DNA of 64,000 nt from assembly GCA_016710095.1 (NCBI GenBank), contig JADJLL010000013.1, positions 6,458 through 70,457 of the forward strand. The letters are read 5' to 3'. Made by a program: the position numbers and the translations under genes. This document shows positions 1 through 10,466 of the stretch, piece after piece (positions within the stretch are counted from its first letter, which is position 1; the number at the start of each line of letters is the position of its first letter). The notes below the pieces were generated by a model, which did no database searches, was not told where the DNA came from, and worked only from the letters and a program-made list of their open reading frames with translations. This DNA comes from Candidatus Eiseniibacteriota bacterium. GTDB taxonomy: Bacteria; Eisenbacteria; RBG-16-71-46.

Positions 1-417
1 AAGGGAGCAACGGGAAGCTCGCCGAGACGCCGAACCGGTCCCGCAGCGCGTTCGCGAAGCGGCACCATGACGCTCGAGAGCGCGCGCTTCGTTCCAGAAG
101 TTTCTGAAACTCCCGCGTGCAGTTTCATCACGACGACCGTTGCGATACGTGTGACCGCACTCGTACGATGGAAACGCTTTCAGCATCCTTGGGAGGACGG
201 CCGCGCGGACGCTCGCGGCCTCCGCCATCCCGACAGCGTCACGGCCACCCCTCGGCCAAACGAACATGCGGACATTCACGGACAGCAGTCGCTGTCGGTC
301 GCGAACGCGGAAGGAACGCGCCGCGTCGCCGTGAGGTCGCATGTTTTTTTGTTGCCCGTCGATGAAACCGTTTCCTGTGTACCGATTCCATCCCCCCGTT
401 CTGGAGGAACACCTCCT

Positions 418-3400
418 ATGAAGTGGCTTCGTACTGTTCTCGTCGCCGCACTCTCCCTGGGCGCGATCGCCTGGAGCGGACCGGCGAGCGCACAAATCGC
501 GACCGGCATGTCCGCTTCCGGCGTGCTCGGACCGGCAGACCTCATCACCCGCCCCGCGGGCGCCACGACGGCTTCGCGCCTGAACGGCCCCAACGGCGTC
601 TCCATCGATCCCACGACCGGCAAGCTCTTCGTCGCCGACCGCGCCAACCACCGCGTGCTCCGCTGGGCTTCGGCCGACGCCATGATCAACGGCTCGGCCG
701 CCGAAGCCGTGCTCGGCCAGCCGGACTTCACGACCGCGACGAGCGGTCTTTCCGCGGTCAAGATGAACAACCCCATCGGCGTGCACGTGGACGCCGCCGG
801 CCGGCTGTGGGTCGGTGACTTCAGCAACAACCGCGTCCTGCGGTTCGACAACGCCTCGACCAAGGCGAACGGCGCCGCGGCCGACGGCGTGCTCGGCCAG
901 CTCGACTTCGTCACCAGCGCGAGCGGTACGACGGCGCTCAAGACGAACGGCCCGTGCGGCGTCTGGGCCGACGCGGCCGGGCGTCTGTACGTGAGCAACT
1001 TCAACAACCATCGCGTGCTCCGCTTCGACGCCGCCGCCACGAAGGCGAACGGCGCGGCGGCGGACGGCGTGCTCGGCCAGCCGGACTTCGTCACGGCGAC
1101 GAGCGGACTGACCGCCGCCAAGATGAACAACGCGAACGCCCTCTGGGGCGACGCGGCGGGACGGCTGTGGGTCAGCGACTACACGAACCGTCGCGTGCTC
1201 CGCTTCGACGACGCCGCCAACAAGGCGAACGGCGCGGCGGCGGACGGCGTGCTCGGCCAGCCCGACTTCGCGACGAACACGGCCGGCCTCACGCAGTCGA
1301 AGTTCAGCACCACGCGCTTCGTGACGGTGGACTCGAACGGCCGCCTCTACGTGGTGGAAGAGGCGAACAACCGCATCATGGTGTTCGACAACGCCGCCAC
1401 GCTCGCGAACGGCTCGCCGGCGACGTACGTGCTCGGCCAGTCGAACTACACGACCGGCACCGGCCTCAACCCGCCGAACGCCGCGAGCCTCGCGACGCCG
1501 CGCGCGGCGTTCGTGGACGAAGTGAACGGCCGCCTCTGGGTCGCCGACTGGGCGAACAACCGCGTGCTGCGCTACCAGGTTTCGGCCGGCACGGCCGTGA
1601 CGCTGGCGCTCTCCGCTCCGAACGGCGGGGAGGACTGGGGCACGGGCACGGTGCACGCGATCGGCTGGGCGAGCACGAACGTCGCGCTCGTGAACCTCGA
1701 GTACTCGACGGACGCCGGCGCCACGTGGCAGCCCATCGCCACGAACGTGACCGCGGCCGCGCAGGCGTACTCGTGGACGGTGCCGAACACGCCGACCACG
1801 CAGGCGCTCGTGCGCGTGACCGACGCGTCGAACGCCACGCTGACCGACCAGAGCAACGCGGTCTTCACGATCTCGGTGCCGATCCCGACGGTGTCGCTCG
1901 TTTCGCCCAACGGCCTGCAGCAGTGGCCCGCCGGCGCGACGCGCAAGATCCTCTTCGCGAGCGCGAACCTGGCGAACGTGAAGCTCGAAGTGAGCGAGGA
2001 CGACGGCAACTCGTGGTCCACGATCACCGCCTCCGCGCCCGCCGCGCCGGGCAGCTACGACTGGACCGTGCCGGCCTCGCTCGGCAACGGCTACCGCGTC
2101 CGTGTCTCGAGCGCCGTCGACGCGCTCGTCAACGACGCGAGCGACCAGTCCTTCGCGGTCGTCGCGCCGCTGCTCGGCCACGACTTCGACGCGCTGTTCT
2201 TCAGCGACAGCCCGACGCCCACCGTGTACGACGCGAGCTTCGGCTCGGTCACCGCGCCCAGCCTTCTCGAGCGCGTCTCGACCGACAAGTGCGGCGTGTC
2301 CCCGGCGTTCTCGCTCGTCGGCAACTACTCGCTGCGCCTCGCGTGGACGAGCAACGCGGGCGGCGACTGGGCCATGGCCAACGCCGGTGTGGGCTGGCCG
2401 GGACAGGACGTGAGCCAGCGCGACAGCCTGTTCTTCAATGTCTACACGCCGACGCTCACGCCCGCGGCGAGCCTGCCGTGCATCTACCTCGAGGACCTCG
2501 GCAACCGGAAGTCCACGAAGATCCCGCTCTCGACGCTGATCTCCGACGTGCCGGCGGGAAGCTGGCAGCGGATCGCGATCCCGATGCAGGTCTTCCGCAA
2601 CAATCCGGGCACCGCGGACCTGACGGCCATCAAGACGATCTTCCTCGGCCAGCAGGCGGCCGACGCGACCGCGCGCGTCTGGTACCTCGACGACTTCCGC
2701 ATGACGGGCGGCACGCCGGCGACCGGTGACTCGACCAAGCTGATCGTCGTGGTCGGCTCGTCCACGTCCGCCGGAACGGGCGCGAGCACGTCGGACAGCG
2801 CCTACGTGTCGCGCTATCGCGCGTACGTGAAGTCCATCGATCCGCGCGCCATCGTCGTCAATCTCGCCGTGGGCGGATACACGACCTACAACGTGATGCC
2901 GACGGGATTCGTGCCTCCGGCGGGCCGGCCGAGCCCGAACCCGCTCAACAACATCACCCGCGCGCTGGCGTACAAGCCGTGGGCGATCCTCGTGAACCTG
3001 CCCAGCAACGACGTGACCAACGGTTACTCGATCGCCGAGCAGATCGCGAACTACGACACGCTGCGCGCGCGGGCCGCCGCCGCGGGCGTGCCGATCTGGA
3101 TCACCACGACGCAGCCGCGCAACCTGTCCACGCAGTCCGCGCGTGACCAGCTGAAGATCATGGCGGACTCGACCCTGTCGCGCTACGCCCCGCGCGCGAT
3201 CGACCTGTACTCGTACCTCGCCGCGGCCGACGGCACGATCCTGCCGCAGTACGGCTCCGGCGACGGTATCCACCTCAACGACGCCGGACACCGTCTCGTG
3301 TACCAGCTCGTCGTGGGTTCGGGTCTGTGGCAGGCGATCGATCCGGGCGTGCAGGTCACGTCGCCCAACGGCGGCGAGACGCTGTACCTCGACATGCCGG

Positions 3401-4209
3401 ACACGCTGAAGTGGAACGCCACGAACACGACGCACGTCGGCGGGTTCGACCTCGCGGTTTCGCGCACGGGCCCGTCCGGTCCGTGGTCCGCGGTCGCGTC
3501 GGTCGGCTCGTCCGCTCGTTCGTTCGCCTGGACGCCGACGGGCGGCGCTTCGTCGGCCGACTGCTGGTTCCGCGTCGTGGCGACCGGCACGGCCGGCAAC
3601 CTCGCGACGGACACGAACGACGCCGCTTTCGCGCTGATCGATCTCGCCACGCCCACGCAGCTCGCCACGTTCACCGCCGACGCGAACGACGAAGGCGTCG
3701 AGGTGCGCTGGGAGTTCGGTGCGAACACCGACGCGGCGACGGTTCGCCTCGCGCGCGCCGAGTCGCAGGTCGGTCCGTGGGACTTCGTGAACGGGGAAGT
3801 GCGGGTCGAGGACGCCGCCACGATCGTGCTCGATCGTGAAGCGCCCGCCGGCCGCACCGTGTACTACCGCCTGTTCGTGACGACGACCGGGGGCGAGCAG
3901 CTTTCGTTCGGTCCGATCACGGCGACGGTCCGCACGCCCGTGTTCGCCTACGCGCTCCACCCGGTCGCCCCGAATCCGGCGATCGGAACGGTGCACGTGG
4001 ACTTCGCGCTGCCCGTCGCCGCCGCCGTCGAAGTGACGGTGCTCGACGTGCAGGGCCGCATCGCGGCGCAGCTCGCGAGCGGCACGTACGAAGCCGGGCG
4101 GCACTCGCTCGTGTGGAACGCCGACGGCCACGCGGCCGCGGGCGTCTACTTCGCGCGCTATCGCACGGCCGGCCGGACGTTCATCCGCCGGTTCGTCGTG
4201 ACGCCGTAG
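418..4209 (+). CDS. Secreted multidomain protein: N-terminal NHL repeats, several Ig-like domains, an SGNH/GDSL hydrolase (esterase) domain, Fn3-like region and a C-terminal FlgD-Ig/T9SS-type sorting domain
   Basis: The ORF 67-4209 has ATG at 418 (MKWLRTVLVAALSLGAIAWSGPASAQ signal peptide) with GGAGG 10 nt upstream. There are about 9 repeats of the NHRVLRF/W motif (NHL). The SGNH block is LIVVVGSSTSAGTGAS...GDGIHLNDAGH. The tail is GVYFARYRTAGRTFIRRFVVTP. Codon usage is GC3-rich. Confidence 0.75.
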   Translation: MKWLRTVLVAALSLGAIAWSGPASAQIATGMSASGVLGPADLITRPAGATTASRLNGPNGVSIDPTTGKLFVADRANHRVLRWASADAMINGSAAEAVLGQPDFTTATSGLSAVKMNNPIGVHVDAAGRLWVGDFSNNRVLRFDNASTKANGAAADGVLGQLDFVTSASGTTALKTNGPCGVWADAAGRLYVSNFNNHRVLRFDAAATKANGAAADGVLGQPDFVTATSGLTAAKMNNANALWGDAAGRLWVSDYTNRRVLRFDDAANKANGAAADGVLGQPDFATNTAGLTQSKFSTTRFVTVDSNGRLYVVEEANNRIMVFDNAATLANGSPATYVLGQSNYTTGTGLNPPNAASLATPRAAFVDEVNGRLWVADWANNRVLRYQVSAGTAVTLALSAPNGGEDWGTGTVHAIGWASTNVALVNLEYSTDAGATWQPIATNVTAAAQAYSWTVPNTPTTQALVRVTDASNATLTDQSNAVFTISVPIPTVSLVSPNGLQQWPAGATRKILFASANLANVKLEVSEDDGNSWSTITASAPAAPGSYDWTVPASLGNGYRVRVSSAVDALVNDASDQSFAVVAPLLGHDFDALFFSDSPTPTVYDASFGSVTAPSLLERVSTDKCGVSPAFSLVGNYSLRLAWTSNAGGDWAMANAGVGWPGQDVSQRDSLFFNVYTPTLTPAASLPCIYLEDLGNRKSTKIPLSTLISDVPAGSWQRIAIPMQVFRNNPGTADLTAIKTIFLGQQAADATARVWYLDDFRMTGGTPATGDSTKLIVVVGSSTSAGTGASTSDSAYVSRYRAYVKSIDPRAIVVNLAVGGYTTYNVMPTGFVPPAGRPSPNPLNNITRALAYKPWAILVNLPSNDVTNGYSIAEQIANYDTLRARAAAAGVPIWITTTQPRNLSTQSARDQLKIMADSTLSRYAPRAIDLYSYLAAADGTILPQYGSGDGIHLNDAGHRLVYQLVVGSGLWQAIDPGVQVTSPNGGETLYLDMPDTLKWNATNTTHVGGFDLAVSRTGPSGPWSAVASVGSSARSFAWTPTGGASSADCWFRVVATGTAGNLATDTNDAAFALIDLATPTQLATFTADANDEGVEVRWEFGANTDAATVRLARAESQVGPWDFVNGEVRVEDAATIVLDREAPAGRTVYYRLFVTTTGGEQLSFGPITATVRTPVFAYALHPVAPNPAIGTVHVDFALPVAAAVEVTVLDVQGRIAAQLASGTYEAGRHSLVWNADGHAAAGVYFARYRTAGRTFIRRFVVTP

Positions 4210-4233
4210 CCGCATCACGCAGGCAGACGAAAC

Positions 4234-4270
4234 GGGGCCGGTCCTTCGCGGGACCGGCCCCGCATTCGTT
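4234..4270 (+). terminator. Rho-independent terminator-like hairpin after the NHL/SGNH gene
   Basis: Perfect inverted repeat GGGGCCGGTCC-ttcgcg-GGACCGGCCCC at 4234-4261, followed by a T-containing run (gcattcgtttc). Confidence 0.5.
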
Positions 4271-4397
4271 TCGGGATGCCACAAGAACGCTGGAGCACGT
4301 CCGCGCGGTGGGCTAACTTCGCCGCCCGCCTGTGCCCTCGCGTCGGCTCGTCCATCCCGCCGCCGCGGCACCGGCACGACCCGGAGCTCTCGCGCGC

Positions 4398-7300
4398 ATG
4401 CGCCGTTTTCCCGTCCCGTACATCCTCGCGCTGATCGCGTGCGCGCTCCTCGCGGCGGCCGCTCCGGCACGTGCGGCGGCTCCGCACATGGTGGCGACGC
4501 ACTGGACCGTGCGGGACGGCCTTCCGGTCAACTCGGTCAACGACGTGCTGCAGACGCGCGACGGCTACCTCTGGGTCTCGACCTACGACGGTCTCGTGCG
4601 CTTCGACGGCCTGCACTTCACGGTGTTCAACCAGTCGAACACGCCGTCGCTGCCGTCGAACCGCGTCCTGTCCCTGCGCGAGGACGCGGCCGGCGCGCTC
4701 TGGGTGCGCACGGAGAGCCGCGAACTCGTGCGCATCACCGATCCGCTCGGGGAGTGGCAGCGCTTCGGGACCACGGGCGAAAGCCGGCACGTGCTCACCG
4801 TGCACCTCGACCGCGAAGGACGGCCCTGGATCGGCACACGTACGGGCGTGCAGCGCTACGCGAAGGGCAAGCTGATCCCGTACACGCCCGCCGAGGGCTT
4901 CCGCGCGGGCTCCGTCTACCGCGGAGGTGACGGCGCGATCTGGGTGCACAGCGACTCGCTCATCGTCCGATTCCGCGAAGGGTCGCGTGCGCGCTTTCGC
5001 GTCCCGAGCGCGAACGTGAACTTCGTGCGCGCGTTCTACGAACTCTCGGACGGCCGCGTGCTGGTCGGCACTCGCGGCGGGCTGCTCGTGCCCACGGACG
5101 GCACGCTTCGCCCCGTCGACTGGAGCACGATTCCCGACTCGATGCGCGTCGTGGACTCGGAGGAGTCCTCTCGCCGCGGTGACATCACGGGGCGACACCT
5201 GCGCTTCTTCTATTCACCCGGGCCCGACGGCAAGCTGCGCGCGGAGCTGACCGCGTCCTGGGTGACGGACTCGCGCGGCGACGTCTGGCGCACGCTCGAG
5301 AACCAGCTCCTCAAGGGCGACGACGTGATCTACGAGGGGCGCTCGGAAGCCGCCCGCGTGCTCGTGGACCGTGAAGGCTGCGTGTGGCTCGGAACGCGCT
5401 CCGAAGGACTGTTCCGCTTCACGCCCTCGATCCTCGAATCGGTCATGCCGGAGCACAACGGCAAGCCGCTCAACGTCTATTCGCTGCAGGAAGGCGACGG
5501 CGGAGCGATGTATTTCGCATCCTACGGCCTCGGCGCGGGTGTCTGGCGTGGCGGCAAGATCAGCGCGCCGCCGCCACCGCTGCTCTCGAAGGCCTTCGCG
5601 CTCTGCGTGGGGCGGCTGCGCGACGGGCGCGTACTCGCGGGCACGTTCCACGGCGGGCTCTGGCTCGTGAATGGCGGCGACATGAAGCCGTTCGCGACGG
5701 AGCATCTCGGCCGCCTCGACGACGTCTGGCTGATCCACGAGGACCGGCAGGGCGCGCTCTGGATCGGCACGCAGCAGGGACTCTGGCGCGCGAAGGACGG
5801 CCTCTGGAAGCGCTACAACACCGACGACGGTGTCGGAAGCGCGTGGGTGCGCACGTGCGTCGAGCGCGCGAACGGCGAACTGTGGTTCGGCACCCAGGGC
5901 GGTGGCGTCGCCATCTGGCGAGACGGCCGCTTCGAGAGTCTCGGCGAGAAGCAGGGACTCGCGGCGCCCTCGGTGCGCGGGCTGCTCGAGGACGATCGCG
6001 GCATCGTCTGGATCGCGACGGAAGGACAGGGGATCGCGCGCGTCGAACTCGCCGAGGGCCGTCCCGCGAAGGAGGCGCGCGTGAAGCACGTGCGCGCCCG
6101 CGACGGCCTCTATGCCGACGTCGTCCACACGCTGCTCGCCGACGACGCGGGCGCGCTGTGGGGCAGCACGAACATGGGCCTGTTTCGCGTGACGCGCGCG
6201 TCGCTCGACGCGTTCGCGGCGGGCCGGGCGACGCGCGTCTTCTGCAACTCCTTCACCGAGGACGACGGCATGCCCAATCGCGAAGCGAACGGCGGCCCGC
6301 AGGGCGCGGGCATCCGCGCGCTCGACGGCCGGCTGTGGTTCGCGACGCAGCAGGGGGCGGTCGTCGTGGATCCGCGCGTCGCCCGCGTCCGGGTGCCGAC
6401 GCCGCCGACGATGATCGAGCAGCTCTCCGCCAAGAACCGCCGCATCTCGGGCCTCGCGCACGTCGCGAACCTCCGGGCGTCGGAACGCGAGTTCTCGGTT
6501 TCGTACGCGGGCCTGTCGCTGCGCGCGTCGCGCGACCTGCGCTTTCGCTACCGGCTGCTGCCGGGCTCGCGCGAATGGACGGACGCCGGCGACCGCCGCA
6601 CCGCGTACTTCACGCACATCCCGCCCGGCAAGCACACGTTCGAAGTGACCGCGAGCCTGCCGGACGGCGACTGGGACGGGCCGGTCGCCCGCATGACGAT
6701 CCGCGTCGCTCCGCACTTCTGGGAGACGTGGTGGTTCCTCGGCGCGCTCCTCGCGCTCGCGCTCCTCGGCGGACGCGAGACCGTGCGGTGGCGCGAGCGC
6801 AGGCTCCTCGTGCGCCAGCGCGAGCTGGCCGCGCAGGTCGAAGCGCGCACGCGTGACCTCGTCCGCGAGAAGCACGAAACGGAAGTCGCGCGCGTCGAGG
6901 CCGAGGCCGCGCGCGATCTCGCGCAGCGTTCGCTCGGCACGATCGAGGACCAGGCGCGCGAGCTGCGCGAACTGAACGAAGCGCGCACGCGCTTCTTCGC
7001 GAACGTCTCGCACGAGTTCCGCACGCCGCTCACGCTGACGATCGGCCCGATCGAGGACGTGCTGTCCGGCCACCACGGCGAGGTCGCGTCCGAGTCGCGC
7101 TCGGCGCTCGAGATGGCGCTGCGCAACTCGCACCGCGCCCTGCGGCAGGTCAACCAGCTGCTCGACATGGCCAAGTTCGAAGCCGGCGGCATGCGGTTGC
7201 GCGTGCGCGAAGTGGCGCTGCGCGACGTGCTCGACGAAGTGCTCCGGGCGTTCGCGCCACTCGCAGCCCGCCGAGGCGTGACGCTCACCGCGCACGGACA

Positions 7301-8654
7301 CGAAGCGCCGTCCTCGCCGGCGTTGTTCGGCGACGCGGCGTTGCTCGAGCAGGTCTTCGCCAACCTGCTCTCGAATGCGCTGCGCCACACCGAGCGCGGC
7401 GGCTCCGTTCGCGTGGACGTGCGGCGCGAGACGGACGGGCCCACGCCGTTCGTGCACCTCGCCGTGCGCGACACGGGCAGCGGCATCGCGCCGGAGCATC
7501 TCGAGCACCTGTTCGAGCGCTTCTACCAGGCCGAGGGCCCGCGCGCGCAGGGCTTCCCGAGCACGGGCATCGGGCTGTCGCTCACGCAGGACATCGTCCA
7601 CCTGCACGGCGGCCGCATCGACGTCGAGAGCGCGCCCGGCGTGGGCAGCGCGTTCACGGTGAGCCTGCCGCTCGGCGACGCACACCTGTCCGCGGAGCAG
7701 TTGGCCGACAGCGACGCACCGTCCGTACCGAAGCCCGATTGGCGCGCGGAGGTCGAAGCCGTGGACCAGGCGAGCGCCCGGGTTCCCGCGGAAGGGACCG
7801 CACCGGCGGGAGAGGGCGAGCGCACGCTCGTGCTCGTCGTCGAGGACGATCCCGAAGTCCGTGGTTACCTCTGCCAGCACTTGCGCCCGCACTTCGAGGT
7901 GATCGAGGCGGGGGACGGCCTCGATGGCCTCGCGCTCGTGCGCGAGCGCACGCCGGACCTCGTGGTGAGCGACGTCATGATGCCGCGCATGGACGGCCAC
8001 GCGCTCTGCCGCGCGATCAAGGAAGACGCCGAGACCGATTTCATTCCCGTGGTGCTGCTCACCGCGCGCGCGTCGGTCGAGCATCGGATCGAAGGCCTCG
8101 AAGGCGGCGCGGACGACTATCTCGCGAAGCCGTTCCACGCCCGCGAGCTGCTCGCCCGCGTGCACAACCTGCTCACGCTCCGCCGGCGACTGCGCGAACG
8201 GCTGGCCGTCGCCGCGCCGGTCGCGGACGCGCCGCCTCCGCAGTCGGCGACGACATCGCCTCCCGTGACGCCCGAGGTGGCGGCGCCCGCCCCGCTGCTG
8301 CAGCCGACGCCGATCGAAGTCGAGAGCTCCGACGCGCAGTTCCTCGACCGCCTGCGCCGGACCGTCGAGGAACATCTCGGCGAGGAGGATTTCGGGGTGC
8401 TCGCGCTGGCGGACGCGATGGCGATGGACCGCAGCAGCCTCTACCGGCGGCTCATGGACACGACGGGCGAGGGCATCGAGGCGATGCTGCGCCGGTTCCG
8501 GCTCGAACGCGCCGCGCAGCTGCTCGATTCGCGCGCCGGGAACGTCGGCGAGATCGCCTACGCCGTCGGCTTCAAGAGCGTCTCGCACTTCTGCAAGACG
8601 TTCCGCGACCGCTTCGGGGTCAGCCCCGGCGCGTACGCGTCGCGCCCTCGCTGA
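4398..8654 (+). CDS. Hybrid two-component system sensor histidine kinase/response regulator with periplasmic two-component-regulator propeller and Y_Y_Y domains, HisKA, HATPase_c, receiver and C-terminal AraC-type HTH (HTCS-like)
   Basis: Signal/TM at the N-terminus (MRRFPVPYILALIACALLAAAAPARA). Many WV/WIGT propeller repeats. Y_Y_Y region (FRYRLLPGSREWTD...FEVTA) followed by TM (WWFLGALLALALL). H-box FFANVSHEFRTPLT. G-boxes (DTGSGIAPE...GIGLSL). REC (LVLVVEDDPEVR...DVMMPRMDG...KPF). AraC HTH at the end (FKSVSHFCKTFRDRFGVSP). An alternative ATG lies at 4332. Confidence 0.8.
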   Translation: MRRFPVPYILALIACALLAAAAPARAAAPHMVATHWTVRDGLPVNSVNDVLQTRDGYLWVSTYDGLVRFDGLHFTVFNQSNTPSLPSNRVLSLREDAAGALWVRTESRELVRITDPLGEWQRFGTTGESRHVLTVHLDREGRPWIGTRTGVQRYAKGKLIPYTPAEGFRAGSVYRGGDGAIWVHSDSLIVRFREGSRARFRVPSANVNFVRAFYELSDGRVLVGTRGGLLVPTDGTLRPVDWSTIPDSMRVVDSEESSRRGDITGRHLRFFYSPGPDGKLRAELTASWVTDSRGDVWRTLENQLLKGDDVIYEGRSEAARVLVDREGCVWLGTRSEGLFRFTPSILESVMPEHNGKPLNVYSLQEGDGGAMYFASYGLGAGVWRGGKISAPPPPLLSKAFALCVGRLRDGRVLAGTFHGGLWLVNGGDMKPFATEHLGRLDDVWLIHEDRQGALWIGTQQGLWRAKDGLWKRYNTDDGVGSAWVRTCVERANGELWFGTQGGGVAIWRDGRFESLGEKQGLAAPSVRGLLEDDRGIVWIATEGQGIARVELAEGRPAKEARVKHVRARDGLYADVVHTLLADDAGALWGSTNMGLFRVTRASLDAFAAGRATRVFCNSFTEDDGMPNREANGGPQGAGIRALDGRLWFATQQGAVVVDPRVARVRVPTPPTMIEQLSAKNRRISGLAHVANLRASEREFSVSYAGLSLRASRDLRFRYRLLPGSREWTDAGDRRTAYFTHIPPGKHTFEVTASLPDGDWDGPVARMTIRVAPHFWETWWFLGALLALALLGGRETVRWRERRLLVRQRELAAQVEARTRDLVREKHETEVARVEAEAARDLAQRSLGTIEDQARELRELNEARTRFFANVSHEFRTPLTLTIGPIEDVLSGHHGEVASESRSALEMALRNSHRALRQVNQLLDMAKFEAGGMRLRVREVALRDVLDEVLRAFAPLAARRGVTLTAHGHEAPSSPALFGDAALLEQVFANLLSNALRHTERGGSVRVDVRRETDGPTPFVHLAVRDTGSGIAPEHLEHLFERFYQAEGPRAQGFPSTGIGLSLTQDIVHLHGGRIDVESAPGVGSAFTVSLPLGDAHLSAEQLADSDAPSVPKPDWRAEVEAVDQASARVPAEGTAPAGEGERTLVLVVEDDPEVRGYLCQHLRPHFEVIEAGDGLDGLALVRERTPDLVVSDVMMPRMDGHALCRAIKEDAETDFIPVVLLTARASVEHRIEGLEGGADDYLAKPFHARELLARVHNLLTLRRRLRERLAVAAPVADAPPPQSATTSPPVTPEVAAPAPLLQPTPIEVESSDAQFLDRLRRTVEEHLGEEDFGVLALADAMAMDRSSLYRRLMDTTGEGIEAMLRRFRLERAAQLLDSRAGNVGEIAYAVGFKSVSHFCKTFRDRFGVSPGAYASRPR

Positions 8655-8660
8655 CAGCGG

Positions 8661-9050
8661 TCAGCCCGCGCCCGAGCCTTCGACCAGGTTCCGAATGGCC
8701 GCGCGCAAGCTGTTGGCATTGAAAGGCAGCGCGAGCCGGGCGATGCGGACATCCCCGCTGCTCCGGAGCCGGGCCCACGCCGCTTCGCCACCGCCCAGGA
8801 ACAGCACCGGGAGCCGCGGCCGCCCGCCGGCTTGCCGAAGCTGGGCGAGCCAGGCGGCGCTGTCGAACGTGGGCGAATCGGACTCAGCGACGGCCACGTC
8901 GGCCTCATGCGGATCGCTCGTGAGCCGGTAGCCGAACTCCCGCTGCCCCTCGAAGACGGAATGGAGGTAGCTCGCGAAGTCACCCGTGCCGACGGCGACC
9001 CAGACGCGGAGCGCCCCCGGCCCGGAAGGGCGGACGTCCGCGCTCACATC
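8661..9050 (-). CDS. Hypothetical single-domain protein with degenerate receiver (REC)-like fold, a pseudo-receiver
   Basis: C-terminal 120 aa of ORF 8661-9233 align to a REC layout (VWVAVGTGD...ADVAVAESD...LPVLFLGGG...LALPFNANSLRAAIRNL). The acid pocket, T and K positions are substituted. The true start is uncertain (internal GTG/ATG). Confidence 0.3.
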   Translation of the reverse strand, partial: DVSADVRPSGPGALRVWVAVGTGDFASYLHSVFEGQREFGYRLTSDPHEADVAVAESDSPTFDSAAWLAQLRQAGGRPRLPVLFLGGGEAAWARLRSSGDVRIARLALPFNANSLRAAIRNLVEGSGAG

Positions 9051-9261
9051 ACCCTCGTGCGCCCGGCGTTCATCCGGACACGAAAACGAACCACGCCACC
9101 CATGGCAACTCCCCGGAACAGGACACAGCCGTCGATCGAACGGCGGGAAATATGCCGGGAATCGAGGAGTGGACGGTATCTCCAGGGTTGCAGGGTTTAT
9201 CCCCTGCGTTGCGGGCCCGTCGTGGCTCGCCAACGAAACCGCAAGCGCGGCCGTTCGGTTC

Positions 9262-10420
9262 CTACGATCGCTCGCCGGAACTCCGGGGCGGGACCTCGGT
9301 AAAGGGTTCGTCGGCCGGACGGGCGCAGGCGGGCAGGTCGATCCGGAACTCGGCCCCTCGACCGGGAGCGCTGTCCACGTCGATGTAGCCGCCGAACTGC
9401 TTCACGATGCCCCAGACCGTCGCCAGCCCGAGGCCGGTGCCCTTGCCGGGCGGCTTCGTCGTGAAGAACGGCTCGAAGATCCGCCGCCGGGTTTCCTCGG
9501 TCATCCCCGCGCCGTCGTCGCCCACGGTCAACCGTACGAACTCGCCCGCCATCGCTCCGGGGTGGGAGCGCACGAACGCCTCGTCGATCGCCACGCGCTT
9601 CGCACCGATGCGCAGGGTTCCTCCGGAGCGCATCGCGTCGCGCGCGTTGAGCGCGAGGTTGAAGAGCGCGCGTTCCAGCTGGGCCGTGTTCGCCCGCACG
9701 CGGCGCGCGCCAGGTTCGAAGTCGAGCACCAGCCGGATCCTCGGCCCGAGCAGCCGCACGAGCATCGGCTGCATCTCCGTCACCGTGCGGGCGAGATCGG
9801 TTTCACTCGTCGAATGCCGCTGACGACGTCCGAAATCCACGAGTTCACGCGAAAGGCGCGCGGCCCCGGTGGCGGCCGCACGGATGTGCTCGGCCTGCTC
9901 ACGCACCGGATCGTTCGGCGACAGCGTCATCGCGATCAGGTCGGAGTAACCGACGATCACCGTGAGGAAGTGATGAAAGTCGTGCGCGATGCTGCCGGCC
10001 AGCTCGCCGAACGAGTCTTCCGGCATGCCGCCGCTCAAGCGCTCCTCGACGAGCACGTGCTCGCTCATGTCGCGAATCACCGTCAGCGCGCCCGTGATCG
10101 CCGCACGCGGGCCGCCCAGGTCGGGCCGCGCCTCGCGCAGAGGAACCGATTTCACGTGGAGCCACGACTGCTCGCCGTCGGCGCGACGAACGCGCAGGCG
10201 CGACTCGTGCGACTCACCGGTGGCGAGCGCGCGAAGCGCCGGCTCGTCACCGCGGGTGAGCGGAGCGCCGTCCTCGAGCGTCGTCTCGACCTCGGAGAAG
10301 AGCGACTTCGCGCCTTCGCGCCCGAAGACGGGCCACGCGAGCATGCGCGCCGCCGCGGGATTGCAGGACTTCACGCTGCCGTCCGCGGCGTGAAGCACGA
10401 CACCTTCCTCGAGCATCTCG
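9262..10420 (-). CDS. PAS-domain sensor histidine kinase
   Basis: PAS-like N-terminus ([17 protein letters not shown]). H-box [24 protein letters not shown]-box [10 protein letters not shown]-boxes DDGAGM and [32 protein letters not shown]. The likely start is the internal Met near 10420 rather than 10542. Confidence 0.8.
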
Positions 10421-10466
10421 AGCAGTTCCGGCACGAAGTCCGGGCCCGCCGGCCTGCAACCGCCGC

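Noticed and set aside
276-1130. 284-aa minus-strand ORF inside the NHL-repeat gene.
   Set aside because: Antisense of a repeat-rich coding region with no signal, motif or RBS.
5214-8588. 1124-aa ORF on the minus strand opposite the hybrid sensor gene. Similar long antisense ORFs occur at 11733-16637, 21332-23731, 30990-33419, 39355-41196 and 53398-55119.
   Set aside because: Arg/Ala/Gly-rich low-complexity translations with no motifs. They are expected stop-codon-poor antisense frames in a 70 % GC genome, and the opposite-strand genes have clear domains.
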